Positions 8,671-18,417 of a DNA stretch of 31,498 nt are shown here, piece after piece (position 1 is the stretch's first letter; each line of letters begins with the position of its first letter). Under the pieces are notes generated by a model, which saw only the letters and a list, made by a program, of their open reading frames with translations, did no database searches and had not been told where the DNA came from. The position numbers and the translations under genes are program-made. The stretch comes from Cardiobacteriaceae bacterium (GTDB lineage Bacteria > Pseudomonadota > Gammaproteobacteria > Cardiobacteriales > Cardiobacteriaceae), in the NCBI GenBank assembly GCA_017934275.1, contig JAGBJT010000060.1, positions 1-31,498 of the forward strand, read 5' to 3'.

Positions 8671-9123
8671 TTAGTAATAACCACTACCGTATCCGTTACC
8701 GTAACCAGATTGTTGATAACCGTTGTTGTAACCGTTGCTATAACCATTACCGTAACCGTTGCCGTATCCAGATTGTTGATAGCCGTTACCGTAACCAGAA
8801 CCGTATCCAGATTGTTGATAGCCGTTACCGTAACCAGAACCGTATCCAGATTGCTGATAGCCGTTGTTGTAACCGTTGTTATAGCTTTGATCGTATCCCT
8901 GATAGTTATTGTTATTCGGATTAGAACGGATTTGCGAACCAATTAAACCACCGATAACCGCACCTGTCAGGGCTGATTCGTGGTTATCACCAATCGCCAA
9001 ACCAGCAGCTGCACCAATTCCCGTTCCAATTGCGGCATTACGCGCCATATCTGGATTTTCCGCACAACCTGCAAGCAGCATTCCTGAAATAGCCAGTCCA
9101 AAAATAAGAGTTTGTTTTTTCAT
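8671..9123 (-). CDS. Outer-membrane lipoprotein with a glycine-zipper (Pcp/SlyB-like) core and a Gly/Tyr/Asn/Gln-rich repetitive C-terminus
   Basis: Signal peptide plus lipobox (MKKQTLIFGLAISGMLLAGC). Glycine-zipper region AAIGTGIGAAAGLAIG…GAVIGGLIG. C-terminal repeats (GYQQSGYGSGYGN)n. Start set at the internal Met with a GGAG RBS; the extended ORF start at 9207 is unlikely. Confidence 0.75.
   Translation of the reverse strand: MKKQTLIFGLAISGMLLAGCAENPDMARNAAIGTGIGAAAGLAIGDNHESALTGAVIGGLIGSQIRSNPNNNNYQGYDQSYNNGYNNGYQQSGYGSGYGNGYQQSGYGSGYGNGYQQSGYGNGYGNGYSNGYNNGYQQSGYGNGYGSGYY
8722..8880. repeat. In-frame 39-bp tandem repeat (~4 copies) inside the lipoprotein gene
   Basis: The unit CCGTATCCAGATTGTTGATAGCCGTTACCGTAACCAGAA recurs at 8762, 8801 and 8840, with degenerate flanking copies. 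Each unit encodes GYQQSGYG(S/N)GYGN, 13 aa. It generates spurious ORFs on the other strand and frames. Confidence 0.85.
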
Positions 9124-9224
9124 AAATAAATCTCCGATTTTTTGTTTAGAGAATTCGAAATAGACCTTAAAAAAGCGTTTAGCGCGGGGCATTCTATTTA
9201 CAAACAATTCGTCTGTTTTTTTTA

Positions 9225-10619
9225 TTAAGCAGCCGCGTTAATTTCCGCCCTTGCCTCTTCTATCCGTATTTTGATTTGCGCAGGAGCCGTTCCACCGATG
9301 TGATTACGGGCATTGACCGAGCCTTCCAAAGTCAGCACTTGATAAACATCTTCTTCTATTTGAGCAGACAATTCTTGGAAATCCGTAAGTTTTAGCTCTT
9401 CCAAACCGCAGTTTTTGTTAATTGCCAAAGCAACCGCTTTTCCAACTATCTCGTGGCCATCACGGAAAGCCACACCTTTACGAACTAAATAATCCGCTAA
9501 ATCCGTTGCCGTTGAATAACCTTGCAGTGCCGCGCGCGCCATATTTTCCCGTCGCGGTTTTAGGTGCGGCAACATATCGGCAAAAGCACGCAAACAACCA
9601 AGCGTTGTGTCAATCGTGTCAAAGAGCGGTTCTTTATCTTCCTGATTGTCTTTGTTATAAGCAAGCGGCTGCGATTTCATCAAAGTAAGCAGCGAAAACA
9701 AGTTACCGAAAACTCTTCCCGTTTTACCGCGCACAAGTTCGGGAACATCGGGATTTTTCTTCTGCGGCATTATTGAAGAGCCCGTGCAGAAGCGGTCAGG
9801 CAAATCGATAAAAGAAAACGGTGCGCTATTCCATAAAACTAGTTCTTCCGCAATCCGTGAAAGATGCATCGCCAAAATCGCCGCTGCCGCGTTAAATTCA
9901 ATTGCAAAATCACGGTCGGATACGGCATCAAGGGAATTTTTACAAACACCGTCAAAGCCAAGCAATTCGGCGGAATATTCACGATCCGTCGGATAAGTTG
10001 TTCCTGCCAAAGCTGCCGCGCCAAGCGGTGAATAGTTCAAGCGACGACGGCAATCTTGAAAACGAGAAAAATCCCGTTTCGTCATTTCATACCAAGCCAA
10101 AAGATGATGGGCAAATGAAATCGGCTGCGCGGTTTGTAGATGGGTAAAACCTGGCATTAAAGTCATAACTTCACGGTCGGCAAGCTCAACAATTCCTTTC
10201 TGCATACGCAAAATTTCTGCCGTAATGCGGTCGATTTGCGCTCGCACATAAAGACGGATATCGGTTGCAACTTGGTCATTGCGCGAACGCCCCGTATGTA
10301 GTCTTTTTCCCGCATCGCCGATAAGTGCGGTTAAGCGTTGCTCAATATTCATATGCACATCTTCAAGCGCCACCGACCATTCGAATTTACCGTTATTTAT
10401 CTCCTCACGAATTTGTGCAAGTCCTTGCAAAATTGCCGCGCCGTCCGCTTCCGAGAGAATTTTCTGCTTAACTAGCATTTTGCAATGCGCTTCTGAACCA
10501 GCGATGTCTTCTAAATACATTCTTTGGTCGAAATTAACCGAGGCGGTAAATTCAGCTACAAAAGCATCGGTTGATTCAGAAAATCTACCGCCCCAAGATT
10601 GATTGGTTTTTTCCGTCAT
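9225..10619 (-). CDS. argH: Argininosuccinate lyase
   Basis: Fumarate-lyase family (…GRFSES…, [24 protein letters not shown] signature). Start set at [13 protein letters not shown], the internal Met of the longer ORF. Confidence 0.9.
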   Translation of the reverse strand: MTEKTNQSWGGRFSESTDAFVAEFTASVNFDQRMYLEDIAGSEAHCKMLVKQKILSEADGAAILQGLAQIREEINNGKFEWSVALEDVHMNIEQRLTALIGDAGKRLHTGRSRNDQVATDIRLYVRAQIDRITAEILRMQKGIVELADREVMTLMPGFTHLQTAQPISFAHHLLAWYEMTKRDFSRFQDCRRRLNYSPLGAAALAGTTYPTDREYSAELLGFDGVCKNSLDAVSDRDFAIEFNAAAAILAMHLSRIAEELVLWNSAPFSFIDLPDRFCTGSSIMPQKKNPDVPELVRGKTGRVFGNLFSLLTLMKSQPLAYNKDNQEDKEPLFDTIDTTLGCLRAFADMLPHLKPRRENMARAALQGYSTATDLADYLVRKGVAFRDGHEIVGKAVALAINKNCGLEELKLTDFQELSAQIEEDVYQVLTLEGSVNARNHIGGTAPAQIKIRIEEARAEINAAA

Positions 10620-10685
10620 TTTTTGTTCCTTGAAATGAATAACAATGTTGTCCAAGAGTAATTTTTAAGATTTTAGGAGACCGAT

Positions 10686-11621
10686 ATGAGCGAAATTTCC
10701 GCACCAAAGCAAATAAAAATTGCCACTCGCAAAAGCAAATTAGCAATTTGGCAGAGTGAGTTCGTCGCCGAACAATTAAGAAAAATTTTGCCTGACACGG
10801 AAATTACGCTTATCGAACTTTCCACTCGCGGTGATGAAATTCTCAATCAACCGCTTGCCAAAATCGGCGGTAAAGGCTTATTCATTAAAGAATTAGAAAC
10901 CGCAATTTTGGACGCACGCGCCGATATAGCCGTGCATTCAATGAAAGATGTCGCAGCGGATTTGCCAGAAGAATTCGAAATTGCCGCGATTTTGCACCGC
11001 CACGATCCCCGCGATTGCCTGCTTTCCGAAAATTTTTCTAATCTCAAAGAAATTCCAACGGGCGGCAAAATCGGCACTTGCTCACTTAGACGCAGAATGC
11101 AGCTTGCGGCTTTACGCAAAGATTTACAAATTCTCGACCTGCGCGGCAATATCAACACTCGCATTAAAAAAATGCTCGACGGTGAATTTGACGCAATTTT
11201 GCTCGCCACGGCAGGAGTAGAACGGTTAAATATTTGTGAAATCAAAGAAAAATTTGCATTTGAAGACTTTCTTCCCGCCGCAGGACAAGGTGCAATCGGA
11301 ATAGAAATCGCGAAAAACTCGCCACTTTTACCGTTAATCCAAAAACTCGGCGACAAAAACACCGCAATTTGCGTGCAAGCGGAAAGAAATATCGCCAAAA
11401 TTCTGAACGCCAGCTGCCAAATACCGCTTGCCGCATACGCAGAAATCTTGCCAGAAGAAAAAATGCAACTTCGCGCCAAAATCGGCTATCCCGACGGAGA
11501 AAAAATCTGCTTTTTTCAAGGCACGGCAAATGTCCGTGATTGGAAACAATTAAGCGAAGAAGCAGCAGACGAGTTAATCAAACAAGGTGCAAGAGAAATC
11601 CTTGAAAAATTAAGCAGTTAG
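10686..11621 (+). CDS. hemC: Porphobilinogen deaminase (hydroxymethylbilane synthase)
   Basis: 311 aa: IKIATRKSKLAIWQSEFV…, GGKGLFIKELE, dipyrromethane cofactor-binding C-domain with a conserved Cys. AGGAGA RBS. Confidence 0.9.
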   Translation: MSEISAPKQIKIATRKSKLAIWQSEFVAEQLRKILPDTEITLIELSTRGDEILNQPLAKIGGKGLFIKELETAILDARADIAVHSMKDVAADLPEEFEIAAILHRHDPRDCLLSENFSNLKEIPTGGKIGTCSLRRRMQLAALRKDLQILDLRGNINTRIKKMLDGEFDAILLATAGVERLNICEIKEKFAFEDFLPAAGQGAIGIEIAKNSPLLPLIQKLGDKNTAICVQAERNIAKILNASCQIPLAAYAEILPEEKMQLRAKIGYPDGEKICFFQGTANVRDWKQLSEEAADELIKQGAREILEKLSS

Positions 11622-11798
11622 CGGTCAAATTGGGATAACTATGCTCTGGTAAAATCCACCGCCCTCTGGGTTTTAGAAGATTTACTCAAAGCAAAAACAA
11701 GACAAAATCTTCAACGCATCTAAATCATTGAAAAAAATAAAAAAATATTCAGAAAAATTTAGATAAATCACCACACACAAAAAATTACGGAGATAACA

Positions 11799-12986
11799 AT
11801 GAAAAAATATGTTTTAGTCATCAATTGCGGCTCTTCTAGTTTGAAATTTGCGCTCATTGAACCGAACAGCGGTGAAAGTCCGTTGAAAGGAAATGCTGAA
11901 CATCTCGGTTTTAACGACGGTAAAGGAACGATTTCTCTTGCCATCGGTGAAGAAAAAATCAAAAGAGAATTAAACGAAGAATCCACTCACGACGGTGCTT
12001 TGCACGCATTAGTCGAAATTTTGAAATCACATTCAATGGACGAAGATATTTACGCCATCGGTCATCGCATCGTGCACGGTGGGGAATATTTCTCCGATGC
12101 AGTTGTCGTTGATGATGATGTCCGCGCGAAAATTGCTGAATGCTCACGACTTGCGCCTCTGCACAATCCAGCTCATATTCTCGGTATTGATGCAGCTCGG
12201 CATAATTTTCCGCATTTGCAAAATGTAGTTGTTTTTGATACGGCTTTCCATCAGCAAATCCCTGAAAAAGCCTATCTTTACGCCCTCCCCTACCGTTTTT
12301 ATACCGACTATCACATTCGTAAATACGGTTTTCACGGCACTTCCTACCGTTACATTTCCACCAAACTTCCTGAAATTACGGGCAAAGAACACAACAAAGC
12401 GATTGTTTGCCATCTTGGTAACGGTGGTTCGGTTGCGGCAATTGATGGCGATCATTCGGTAGATACCACGATGGGTCTTACTCCGCTGGAAGGAATTGTG
12501 CACGGCACGCGCTGCGGCGACATCGACCCTGTCATTCACGATATTTTGACTAATCAGTTTGAAATTCCCGCCTCTGAAATTAGCAATTTACTTTGGAAAC
12601 AATCAGGGCTTCTCGGACTTTCAGGAATTTCTAATCACTGCGGTGAATTGGAAGAGCTTTCGAATAACGGTAATGAAGCGGCAAAACGGGCGATTGAGGT
12701 TTATTGCTACCGTCTTGCCAAACATATTGCGGGGCAATTCGTCGCTTTGGGCGGCTGTGAGATTTTGGTATTTACTGGCGGTATCGGAGAAAAATCACGG
12801 ATTATTCGCCGCCGCACGATTGAACAGCTCGGCGTTCTCGGTTTTTACCTCGATAACGACCGTAATAACGACCAAACTCTCGGCAAAACTCGCTACATTC
12901 ACGCCCAAAACTCAACTCCGATTTGGATTATCCCGACCAACGAAGAACTGATGATTGCCCGTGATACAGCGCGGCTTTGCGCTTAA
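11799..12986 (+). CDS. ackA: Acetate kinase
   Basis: 395 aa: MKKYVLVINCGSSSLKFAL…, HRIVHGG, FDTAFHQ…, VCHLGNGGSV, EILVFTGGIGE motifs. Confidence 0.9.
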   Translation: MKKYVLVINCGSSSLKFALIEPNSGESPLKGNAEHLGFNDGKGTISLAIGEEKIKRELNEESTHDGALHALVEILKSHSMDEDIYAIGHRIVHGGEYFSDAVVVDDDVRAKIAECSRLAPLHNPAHILGIDAARHNFPHLQNVVVFDTAFHQQIPEKAYLYALPYRFYTDYHIRKYGFHGTSYRYISTKLPEITGKEHNKAIVCHLGNGGSVAAIDGDHSVDTTMGLTPLEGIVHGTRCGDIDPVIHDILTNQFEIPASEISNLLWKQSGLLGLSGISNHCGELEELSNNGNEAAKRAIEVYCYRLAKHIAGQFVALGGCEILVFTGGIGEKSRIIRRRTIEQLGVLGFYLDNDRNNDQTLGKTRYIHAQNSTPIWIIPTNEELMIARDTARLCA

Positions 12987-13002
12987 TTTTGATGATAAAA
13001 AT

Positions 13003-13040
13003 AGCCAGAACTTCTGGCTGTTTTTTTTCTGTTTTTTTTT
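13003..13040 (+). terminator. Rho-independent terminator between ackA and pta
   Basis: AGCCAGAACTTCTGGCT hairpin followed by two long T tracts (GTTTTTTTTTCTGTTTTTTTTTT). Confidence 0.65.
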
Positions 13041-13072
13041 TGAAAAATAATTGATAAATTTGGAGAGCAAAT

Positions 13073-14503
13073 ATGAGTAAAGCGGTTTTATGTTTGAACG
13101 CAATTCCTACTGGCTTTTCTGCCGTCTATAACCCTTTTGATGGAAAAAATATCGCTGAAATTTATTGGTCAAAACAGCTTGATAGCTTTATTGATACGGT
13201 GATTGAAGAGTATGCGGAAGTTGCGGCAAAACATCAAAACGACGCAATTGCGGTGATGGGGCTCAACCTGTGCTGCAAAACTCCATATGCCGAAGAAGTC
13301 AATACTGCACTGGTAAATGCTCTCGATGCAAGCGTGCTTTCGGTGGAAGATAAACCAGTTTCAGCTCGCTACGCGCAACATATTTACGCAGAAAAATTCC
13401 TCGGTGCGATTTATCAAGATGAACGAGCCGTGGAAATGCTCGCGGATAACGGTTTAATCGTCTATCAAGGTTTGAATGATGCGGATTTGCAAGCCAAAAT
13501 CGACGGCGTTGTGAGTAAAAACATTTCTGGTGCGGCATTTCGGCAAAAAATCGTCGCTCAAGCCAAAGCTAATTTGAAACGAATTGTTCTTCCAGAAGGC
13601 GCAGAACCGCGCACTCTCAAAGCCGCAAGTTATATCGCAGAACACGATATCGCCAAATGTATTCTTCTTGCCGAAACCGCTGAAATCGAAGCAGTTTGCA
13701 AGGCGGAAAATATTTCTCTGCCGAATAAAAACATCGAAATCCTCTCGCCCTCTGCAATTGAAGATAAATACTTAAATCATCTTGTGGAACTGCGCGCGGC
13801 AAAAGGTATGACCGAAGATAAAGCCCGTGAAGCTTTGAAAGATACGGTGATGCTCGGCACAATGATGCTCGAAGCCGATGAAGCCGACGGTTTAGTTTCA
13901 GGCGCGGTGCATTCAACCGCCGACACAATGCGACCGCCGCTGCAAATCATCAAAACCGCGCCGAACGCCAAAATGGTATCGAGCTTGTTTTTTATGTGTC
14001 TGCCTGACAAAGTTATGGTTTATGCCGACTGCGCCATCGTGCCAGAACCTGATAACGATCAACTCGCCGAAATCGCAATTCAAACCGCCGACACCGCCAA
14101 AGCTTTCGGAATTGAACCAAAAGTCGCGCTGATTTCATATTCGACGGGCAATTCTGGTAGCGGTGCGCCTGTGGAAAAAGTAAAAGCGGCAGTGGCGAAG
14201 GTAAAAGAGCTCCGTCCTGATTTAACCGTCGATGGACCTCTGCAATATGACGCAGCTTGCACACCGTCGGTTGCTAAAAGTAAAGCTCCGAATTCACCAG
14301 TTGCGGGGCAAGCAAATGTTTTCGTTTTCCCAGATTTAAATACGGGCAACACGGTTTATAAGGCGGTGCAGCGCAATGCAGGCGCAATCGCGATGGGACC
14401 AGTTTTGCAGGGTATGAAAAAACCTGTCAATGATTTATCTCGTGGTGCGCTCGTCGAAGACATCATCTACACCATCGCCATTACCGCGGTGCAAGCGCAA
14501 TGA
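13073..14503 (+). CDS. pta: Phosphate acetyltransferase (short form: PTA_PTB catalytic domain with a partial N-terminal DRTGG-like region, lacking the long N-domain of E. coli Pta)
   Basis: The C-terminal ~325 aa match Pta (…[16 protein letters not shown]…, [46 protein letters not shown]). GGAGAG RBS. The stop overlaps the hisIE start (ATGA). Confidence 0.8.
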   Translation: MSKAVLCLNAIPTGFSAVYNPFDGKNIAEIYWSKQLDSFIDTVIEEYAEVAAKHQNDAIAVMGLNLCCKTPYAEEVNTALVNALDASVLSVEDKPVSARYAQHIYAEKFLGAIYQDERAVEMLADNGLIVYQGLNDADLQAKIDGVVSKNISGAAFRQKIVAQAKANLKRIVLPEGAEPRTLKAASYIAEHDIAKCILLAETAEIEAVCKAENISLPNKNIEILSPSAIEDKYLNHLVELRAAKGMTEDKAREALKDTVMLGTMMLEADEADGLVSGAVHSTADTMRPPLQIIKTAPNAKMVSSLFFMCLPDKVMVYADCAIVPEPDNDQLAEIAIQTADTAKAFGIEPKVALISYSTGNSGSGAPVEKVKAAVAKVKELRPDLTVDGPLQYDAACTPSVAKSKAPNSPVAGQANVFVFPDLNTGNTVYKAVQRNAGAIAMGPVLQGMKKPVNDLSRGALVEDIIYTIAITAVQAQ

Positions 14504-15291
14504 GCAGCGCAAAATGGCTCGATGCGGTCAAATTTAATGCTGACGGATTAGTTTCCGTCATCGCCGTCGATTGGCAGGATAAAACCGTCTTGATGCAAGC
14601 TTTCGCTAACCGTGAAGCCTTATTGAAATCGCTGGCGCACGGTCAAATGTTCTATTACAGCCGCTCTCGGCAAAAATTGTGGAAAAAAGGCGAAGAATCG
14701 GGACATTTCCAAAATATCAAGGCGATGTATCTCGACTGCGACGGCGATTGCGTTTTAGCGGAAGTCGAGCAAGTCGGAAATATCGCTTGTCATACGGGGC
14801 ATAAGTCTTGTTTTTACCGCAAACTGCACATTGCAGCAGACTTTATCGATTGGCAGGAGACGGAAAAAGCTCTGAAAAATCCCAGCGAAATTTACCGACA
14901 CACGGATACGATGACCGCCAATATGCCAGCTACAAATGCAATTTCTTCGGAAGAAAACAAAGAAAACTTCGCCTCCGTTTTACATAAACTCGAAAAAATC
15001 ATCGCCATTCGCAAAAAACTCGGTGATACGGAAAAAAGTTACACCGCAAAATTGCTCGGCGAAAAAATCGATAAATTGCTCAAAAAAATCGGTGAAGAAG
15101 CGACGGAAACCGTCATCGCGGCTTGCAATGGAGAAAAATCAGAGATTATTTATGAATCCTGCGATTTGCTCTATCATCTGATGGTGCTCTGGTCAAGAGA
15201 AAATATCAGCTTGACGGAGATTGAAAACGAATTAGCTCGCCGCTTCAAAATGTCAGGCTTGGAAGAAAAAGCTTCCAGAATCAACAAATAA
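14500..15291 (+). CDS. hisI: Bifunctional phosphoribosyl-AMP cyclohydrolase / phosphoribosyl-ATP pyrophosphatase (HisIE)
   Basis: N-terminal half is HisI (…[10 protein letters not shown]…[18 protein letters not shown]…CDGDC…CHTG…SCFYR). C-terminal half is HisE (…SYTAKLL…EEATE…, LLYHL…). 4-nt ATGA overlap with pta. Confidence 0.85.
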   Translation: MSSAKWLDAVKFNADGLVSVIAVDWQDKTVLMQAFANREALLKSLAHGQMFYYSRSRQKLWKKGEESGHFQNIKAMYLDCDGDCVLAEVEQVGNIACHTGHKSCFYRKLHIAADFIDWQETEKALKNPSEIYRHTDTMTANMPATNAISSEENKENFASVLHKLEKIIAIRKKLGDTEKSYTAKLLGEKIDKLLKKIGEEATETVIAACNGEKSEIIYESCDLLYHLMVLWSRENISLTEIENELARRFKMSGLEEKASRINK

Positions 15292-15301
15292 GGATAAATT
15301 T

Positions 15302-15487
15302 ATGGGTATCAGTCCAGCGCAACTAATCATTGTTTTACTTTTGGTTTTAATTATTTTCGGCAGCGGCAAACTCCGCTCGCTTGGCTCCGACCTCGGCGGT
15401 GCGATTAAAGGTTTCAAAAAAGAAATGGCAAGCGAAAAAGACGCTAAAGACGAGCCAGTTATCGAAAATAATGAGCAGAAATCCTAA
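15302..15487 (+). CDS. tatA: Sec-independent translocase TatA
   Basis: 61 aa [40 protein letters not shown]…, the canonical TatA/E. Confidence 0.9.
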   Translation: MGISPAQLIIVLLLVLIIFGSGKLRSLGSDLGGAIKGFKKEMASEKDAKDEPVIENNEQKS

Positions 15488-15511
15488 ACATCGCAACACT
15501 CTTCAATAACA

Positions 15512-15820
15512 ATGTTCGACATCGGTTTTTGGGAATTAGTAACTATTGCGATAATCGGCGTAGTAGTTGTTGGTCCAGATAAATTGCCAGAAGTGATGCG
15601 GGGAATTTTCCGCTTTATTCATAACTTGCGAAGAATGTATCAAAACGCAAAAGCCGATATTTCCCGCGAACTTGAACTCGATGAACTACAAAAAATCGCC
15701 CGCGAAGGTAAAGATGATTTTCAAGATGCATTCGATTCTGTTGCCGAAGATGGTAAAGAATTACTCCGTGCCATCGATGAAAATCATCAAAATATTAAAA
15801 AAGAACTGCACGAGATATAG
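15512..15820 (+). CDS. tatB: Sec-independent translocase TatB
   Basis: 102 aa MFDIGFWELVTIAIIGVVVVGPDKLPEVMRGIFRFI…, the TatB family. The TAG stop at 15818-15820 is provided by the first bases of the MITE copy. Confidence 0.85.
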   Translation: MFDIGFWELVTIAIIGVVVVGPDKLPEVMRGIFRFIHNLRRMYQNAKADISRELELDELQKIAREGKDDFQDAFDSVAEDGKELLRAIDENHQNIKKELHEI

Positions 15821-15920
15821 TCGTTTCAGTTCAAAATCAGACAAGGCAGCGAGCTTAAAGACTGTATCAGAATACGGCGAGGAAGCTCCCGCAGTATTAT
15901 TTTGAAATGGAACGACTATA
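15816..15920. mobile_element. MITE-like small repeat element, copy B (105 bp), inserted between tatB and tatC
   Basis: Same 22-bp terminal inverted repeats as copy A (TATAGTCGTTTCAGTTCAAAAT … ATTTTGAAATGGAACGACTATA). Shared core GACAAGGCAGCGAGC…AATACGGCGAGG…GCAGTATTATTTTGAAATGGAACGACTATA. The TIRs can pair to form a long hairpin in the tat operon transcript. Confidence 0.75.
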
Positions 15921-15960
15921 AAAGAAGAAGTCGAAAAAACTCCTAATACGGAATAATTAA

Positions 15961-16764
15961 ATGGACAAAAAATTATTAGAAGAACAAAATCCAGAACTTG
16001 CAGCAGACCGCGAAAATGAATTGCAAGATACGGAAATGTCTTTCGTTGAACATTTAATTGAACTTCGTAGCCGTTTGATAAAAATTTTAGTATCCGTAGG
16101 TGTAATTTTTTTAGCTCTTTTACCTTTTTATCAGAAGATTTACGAGATATTTGCTTACCCTGTTCTTACTAATTTATTACCTGGTCAGCAAATGCTCGCC
16201 CATCAACCTATCGATGTTTTTTTAACCCCTATTAAGGTTTCTTTATTCATCTCTGTGCTTATTGCAATGCCGATAATTTTGCGGCAAATTTGGCTTTTTA
16301 TAGCACCTGCAATGTATAAAAAAGAAAAGAAATTGATGCTTCCGTTAGTGGTTTCATCAACTTTTCTTTTTTATCTCGGAGTTTTATTCGCCTATTTTGT
16401 CATTTTGCCCTTACTCTTTGCCTTTTTATCCAAAATCGGGGCGAATATGAATGGTGTTGCTTTAATGCCTGATATTACCGCTTATTTAGGCTTGTCATTG
16501 AAGCTCTTTTTGGCTTTCGGAATAGTGTTTGAAGTGCCGATTGCAACCGTAATTTTGATTCAAAGTGGCATAGTCAAAATCTCCACTCTTACGGCAAAAA
16601 GACCATATATCATTTTGGCAGCTTTCACTATCGGAATGTTGCTCACCCCTCCTGATGTTTTTTCGCAAACTTTACTTGCCGTTCCTATGCTTTTGTTATT
16701 TGAACTGGGAATTTTGGTCGCGAAATTTTTGGAAAAAAAACGGGCTGATAACCGCTCGAATTAA
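15961..16764 (+). CDS. tatC: Sec-independent translocase TatC
   Basis: …HLIELRSRLIK…, six-TM TatC topology, LTPPDVFSQTLLAVPMLLLFELG near-identical to the E. coli TatC C-terminus. Start ambiguous: M1 at 15961 or the MSFVEH Met at 16036. Confidence 0.85.
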   Translation: MDKKLLEEQNPELAADRENELQDTEMSFVEHLIELRSRLIKILVSVGVIFLALLPFYQKIYEIFAYPVLTNLLPGQQMLAHQPIDVFLTPIKVSLFISVLIAMPIILRQIWLFIAPAMYKKEKKLMLPLVVSSTFLFYLGVLFAYFVILPLLFAFLSKIGANMNGVALMPDITAYLGLSLKLFLAFGIVFEVPIATVILIQSGIVKISTLTAKRPYIILAAFTIGMLLTPPDVFSQTLLAVPMLLLFELGILVAKFLEKKRADNRSN

Positions 16765-16855
16765 AAATACAGCAATCCATATAACTGCGGCGAAGAAAAA
16801 TCAAACAATAAATCGCCTATATAATTCCAAAAGAATATTTAACTGTGAGAACAAA

Positions 16856-18403
16856 ATGCAAGATTTATTAAACAATCTCCCGAATTTAGCAAGCGGCACT
16901 ATCGGTATCGAAAGAGAGACTTTACGCACAAACTCTGATGCATATTTATCGCAAACATTACACCCTGAAAGTCTCGGTAATGTTTATACCCATAAAAATA
17001 TCACGATTGATTATGCAGAAAGCCTTTTAGAACTTGTAACCGATACTCATAATAATCCTGAACAGTTATATTTACAGCTACTCAATCTGCATAAATTTAC
17101 TGCACAAAATATAAACGACGAATTACTTTGGCCGACAAGTATGCCCTGCATCTTGCCTGATAACCCCGAGTTAATAGAATTTGGCTATTTTGGTAAAAGT
17201 AACGGCGGCAAAATTAAGCGTCTATACCGTAGCGGACTGGCTTACCGTTACGGCAGACCGATGCAAATGATTGCGGGAATTCACTTTAATTATTCGCCTA
17301 GTGAGGAATTTTGGAATTATTTAAGTCAATACAAAGAAAAAAACTTAAATCAGGATTTCAAAAACGAAATTTATATGGCTGCGCTACGCAATATCGGTCG
17401 CACAAGTTGGCTTATTTGCTATTTATTCGGCGCATCTCCTGCTTGCGATTTTTCCTTCCAACCAGCGCAACAATTATTAACTCGACATCATAAAAGAAGT
17501 CTAATTTGGAACAATGCCTGCACTTTAAGAATGAGTCAATTAGGTTATCAAAATAAAGCTGATTTCAGCGTCGATTTTAATAACCTCGAAGCATATATTA
17601 AAGACCTAATTTATGCGGTTTTAACCCCTTCTCCAATTTATGAATATATTGGAATTCAAGCACCAGACGGTAATTATCGGCAAATTAGCACCAATATTTT
17701 GCAAATTGAAAATGAATATTACGCTTCCGCGCGTCCCAAACAAATTCCTAACAAAAATGAAGCACCAACCCTTGCATTGGCACGGCGTGGAATTTTGTAT
17801 CTAGAACTGCGTCTTCCCGATTGTAATCCGTATAGTCCAACGGGAATTAGTTTGGAGCAAATTTATTTTCTTGAAACATATATGCTTTATTGTTTAATGA
17901 AAAATTCGCCAGAAATCAGACATTGCGAACAAGATGAAATTAACCGCAATAGGCTACGCACCGCTTGTTGTGGCTTATCAAAAGATTTGAAATTATCTTA
18001 TCGTTGCAAAGAAAAAAGTATGAAATCTTGGGCTTTGGAAATATTAGAAGATATGCTAAAAATTGCTGCAATACTGGATAAAAATACAGATAAACAGCAA
18101 TATCAAAATTCCGTAAGAGAGCAAATAAAAGCAGTTGATAGTGGCGAAGTTTTAGCCGCAAAAGTCCGTAATGATTTGGCAAATAAAGATTTTATAAATT
18201 TTGCGCAAGAATTGCAAAATAAACATCTAACGGTATTAAAATCCCCGCTTGACAGTAAAATAAAACAGGAATTAGATAATTTGCGAGATAAATCATTAGA
18301 AGATTTTGCAAAAATTGAAAAAGCCGCCGAAACTCAAATTCAATTTAGTGAATATTTAGAGCATTATTTTGATGAATTAAAAACATTTGCCAGAGAAAAT
18401 TAA
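16856..18403 (+). CDS. gshA: Glutamate--cysteine ligase (E. coli-type GshA)
   Basis: 515 aa collinear with E. coli GshA (GIERETLR…, LWPTSMPC…, GRFKRLYRSGL…RYG, MQMIAGIHFNYS). The start is the internal Met at 16856. The listed ORF start at 16655 overlaps tatC and is spurious. Confidence 0.85.
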   Translation: MQDLLNNLPNLASGTIGIERETLRTNSDAYLSQTLHPESLGNVYTHKNITIDYAESLLELVTDTHNNPEQLYLQLLNLHKFTAQNINDELLWPTSMPCILPDNPELIEFGYFGKSNGGKIKRLYRSGLAYRYGRPMQMIAGIHFNYSPSEEFWNYLSQYKEKNLNQDFKNEIYMAALRNIGRTSWLICYLFGASPACDFSFQPAQQLLTRHHKRSLIWNNACTLRMSQLGYQNKADFSVDFNNLEAYIKDLIYAVLTPSPIYEYIGIQAPDGNYRQISTNILQIENEYYASARPKQIPNKNEAPTLALARRGILYLELRLPDCNPYSPTGISLEQIYFLETYMLYCLMKNSPEIRHCEQDEINRNRLRTACCGLSKDLKLSYRCKEKSMKSWALEILEDMLKIAAILDKNTDKQQYQNSVREQIKAVDSGEVLAAKVRNDLANKDFINFAQELQNKHLTVLKSPLDSKIKQELDNLRDKSLEDFAKIEKAAETQIQFSEYLEHYFDELKTFAREN

Positions 18404-18417
18404 ATAAAGAGAACAAT

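Noticed and set aside
8722-8880. Possible CRISPR array, given the regular ~39-bp repeats
   Set aside because: The repeats are directly contiguous with no unique spacers, they are in-frame inside a coding sequence, and there are no cas genes. This is a coding tandem repeat.
8652-8946. Three overlapping ORFs (8652-8924 +, 8661-8942 -, 8710-8946 +) with repetitive translations
   Set aside because: They are artefacts of the 39-bp in-frame tandem repeat inside the lipoprotein gene. Only the minus-strand 8671-9123 frame has a signal peptide, lipobox and RBS.
10847-11549. Several 70-210-aa ORFs antisense to hemC, and similar ones inside ackA, pta, argH and lpdA
   Set aside because: They are fully nested in well-supported genes, have low-complexity or Arg/Ser-rich translations typical of antisense frames, and lack an RBS.
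16655-16855. N-terminal 67-aa extension of the gshA ORF overlapping tatC
   Set aside because: Homology to GshA begins at the internal Met at 16856. The extension overlaps the conserved tatC C-terminus in another frame.
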